A program made the translations under genes and the position numbers. A stretch of DNA of 63,316 nucleotides, counting the filler, from Octopus bimaculoides (taxonomy: Eukaryota), in the NCBI RefSeq assembly GCF_001194135.2. It is 5 parts of 5 records of this genome, joined end to end, with 100 filler letters (N's around TTAATTAATTAA, not from the genome) between each part and the next. Parts side by side here need not be neighbours in the genome. Positions count along the whole stretch, not along the records: positions 61,079 to 63,316 come from NC_068982.1; 4 more parts are not named here. One strand, written 5' to 3'. The notes beneath the pieces are model-generated. The model saw only the letters and a list, made by a program, of their open reading frames with translations, ran no database searches and was not told where the DNA came from. Each line of letters begins with the position of its first letter. Position 1 is the first letter of the stretch. Shown in pieces: positions 62,389 to 63,316 of this stretch.

Positions 62389-63316
62389 AACAGAAAACAG
62401 GTATGGTAGTCAATGCTTTATAGGATATACATTGAGCAAATGCTGAAATAATTATATGACAGTTGTAAAAACATTATGCACTTCACCTCATCAGTGTCAC
62501 CAAGAGATATTCCCATTCTTCAACAGGATGAATACACTACACTTCTCATCCATAAAACTAACCCTTTTATTTGCACTGGAAAGCCTATAATTTTGATTGG
62601 TGATTTCTTTTATTGACCAAATCAACCTAATTTTGTTCAGTTTCAGCCTTCCACAAATTATGTACATAAAGAGAAAATGTTGTTTGTATATTGAGTCAAA
62701 TTGCTGGTTTCTTTACTTATTGTTATTTTGACCAGCCAAAACACACCACTTACATTCTTTCGTGAATCCTCAAAAAAAATTGATACGCCTAATTTTTTAG
62801 TTTTTAAATAATTGACTAAGTTTTGAACCTTTGACCTTTACATTATCAAAGCAAAGGCTAAAAATAATAAAAACAAAAGAATTAAAACAACTGGTACATC
62901 ATAGACCTACCTACATCCTTTTTGTGAACCACTAAATAACAATCCCATGACCAGAAGGGAACACACCTCAACATACACACCTGCTTACAAAGTCCTACGT
63001 ACATGAATAAATTCTAAACAATAACACAACCCCAAATTTAATCAATAAAAATTTCTCTAAAACACTTCTCTACCACAACCCATCCTACAACCTAATTACC
63101 ACTCCACATACCCAAAGAAGATTTTAACTCAACAGAGACTATATGAAGTTAAGATTAACTTCAATGCATCACATTCTGATGATGGCTTAGCTGTCACTGT
63201 CGATAATATTCTTGCTTAAAAGAATAGAGTAAGCTATCAGGTTAATGTAAAATTGTTTTTATTATAACTGAACATAAAAAGAGACAATGTATACAGACAC
63301 ACACATTCATATATAT

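Overview
Eukaryotic, AT-rich, microsatellite- and TE-dense draft scaffold with many N gaps. The SINE set and gap style suggest an octopus-like cephalopod (inference). Recognisable genes, all on +: (1) the 3' half of a membrane-anchored carboxylesterase/cholinesterase-fold (neuroligin-like) gene, 6 exons at 20809-26798; (2) a DCDC2-like doublecortin-domain exon at 38985-39286; (3) five exons of dUTPase at 54630-60202, with its first exon not visible. On the - strand, three phase-compatible exons (3249-582) build an unrecognised 148-aa protein. It has a basic/amphipathic Cys-containing N-terminus and a PxIxIT-like motif, and a retroelement-disrupted paralogue lies at about 9890-11679. Mobile DNA includes four IS630-Tc1-mariner remnants, Tx1-, R4/Dong-, RTE-, Gypsy- and Penelope-type fragments, piggyBac/hAT/DINE-like MITEs and several tRNA-SINE families. 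The most unusual structure is a head-to-head dimer of a tRNA-headed SINE whose tail carries a minimal hammerhead-ribozyme core. It is flanked by a putative single TSD and sits just downstream of the DCX exon. All gene models were built by eye from splice signals and reading frames; no database searches were run.
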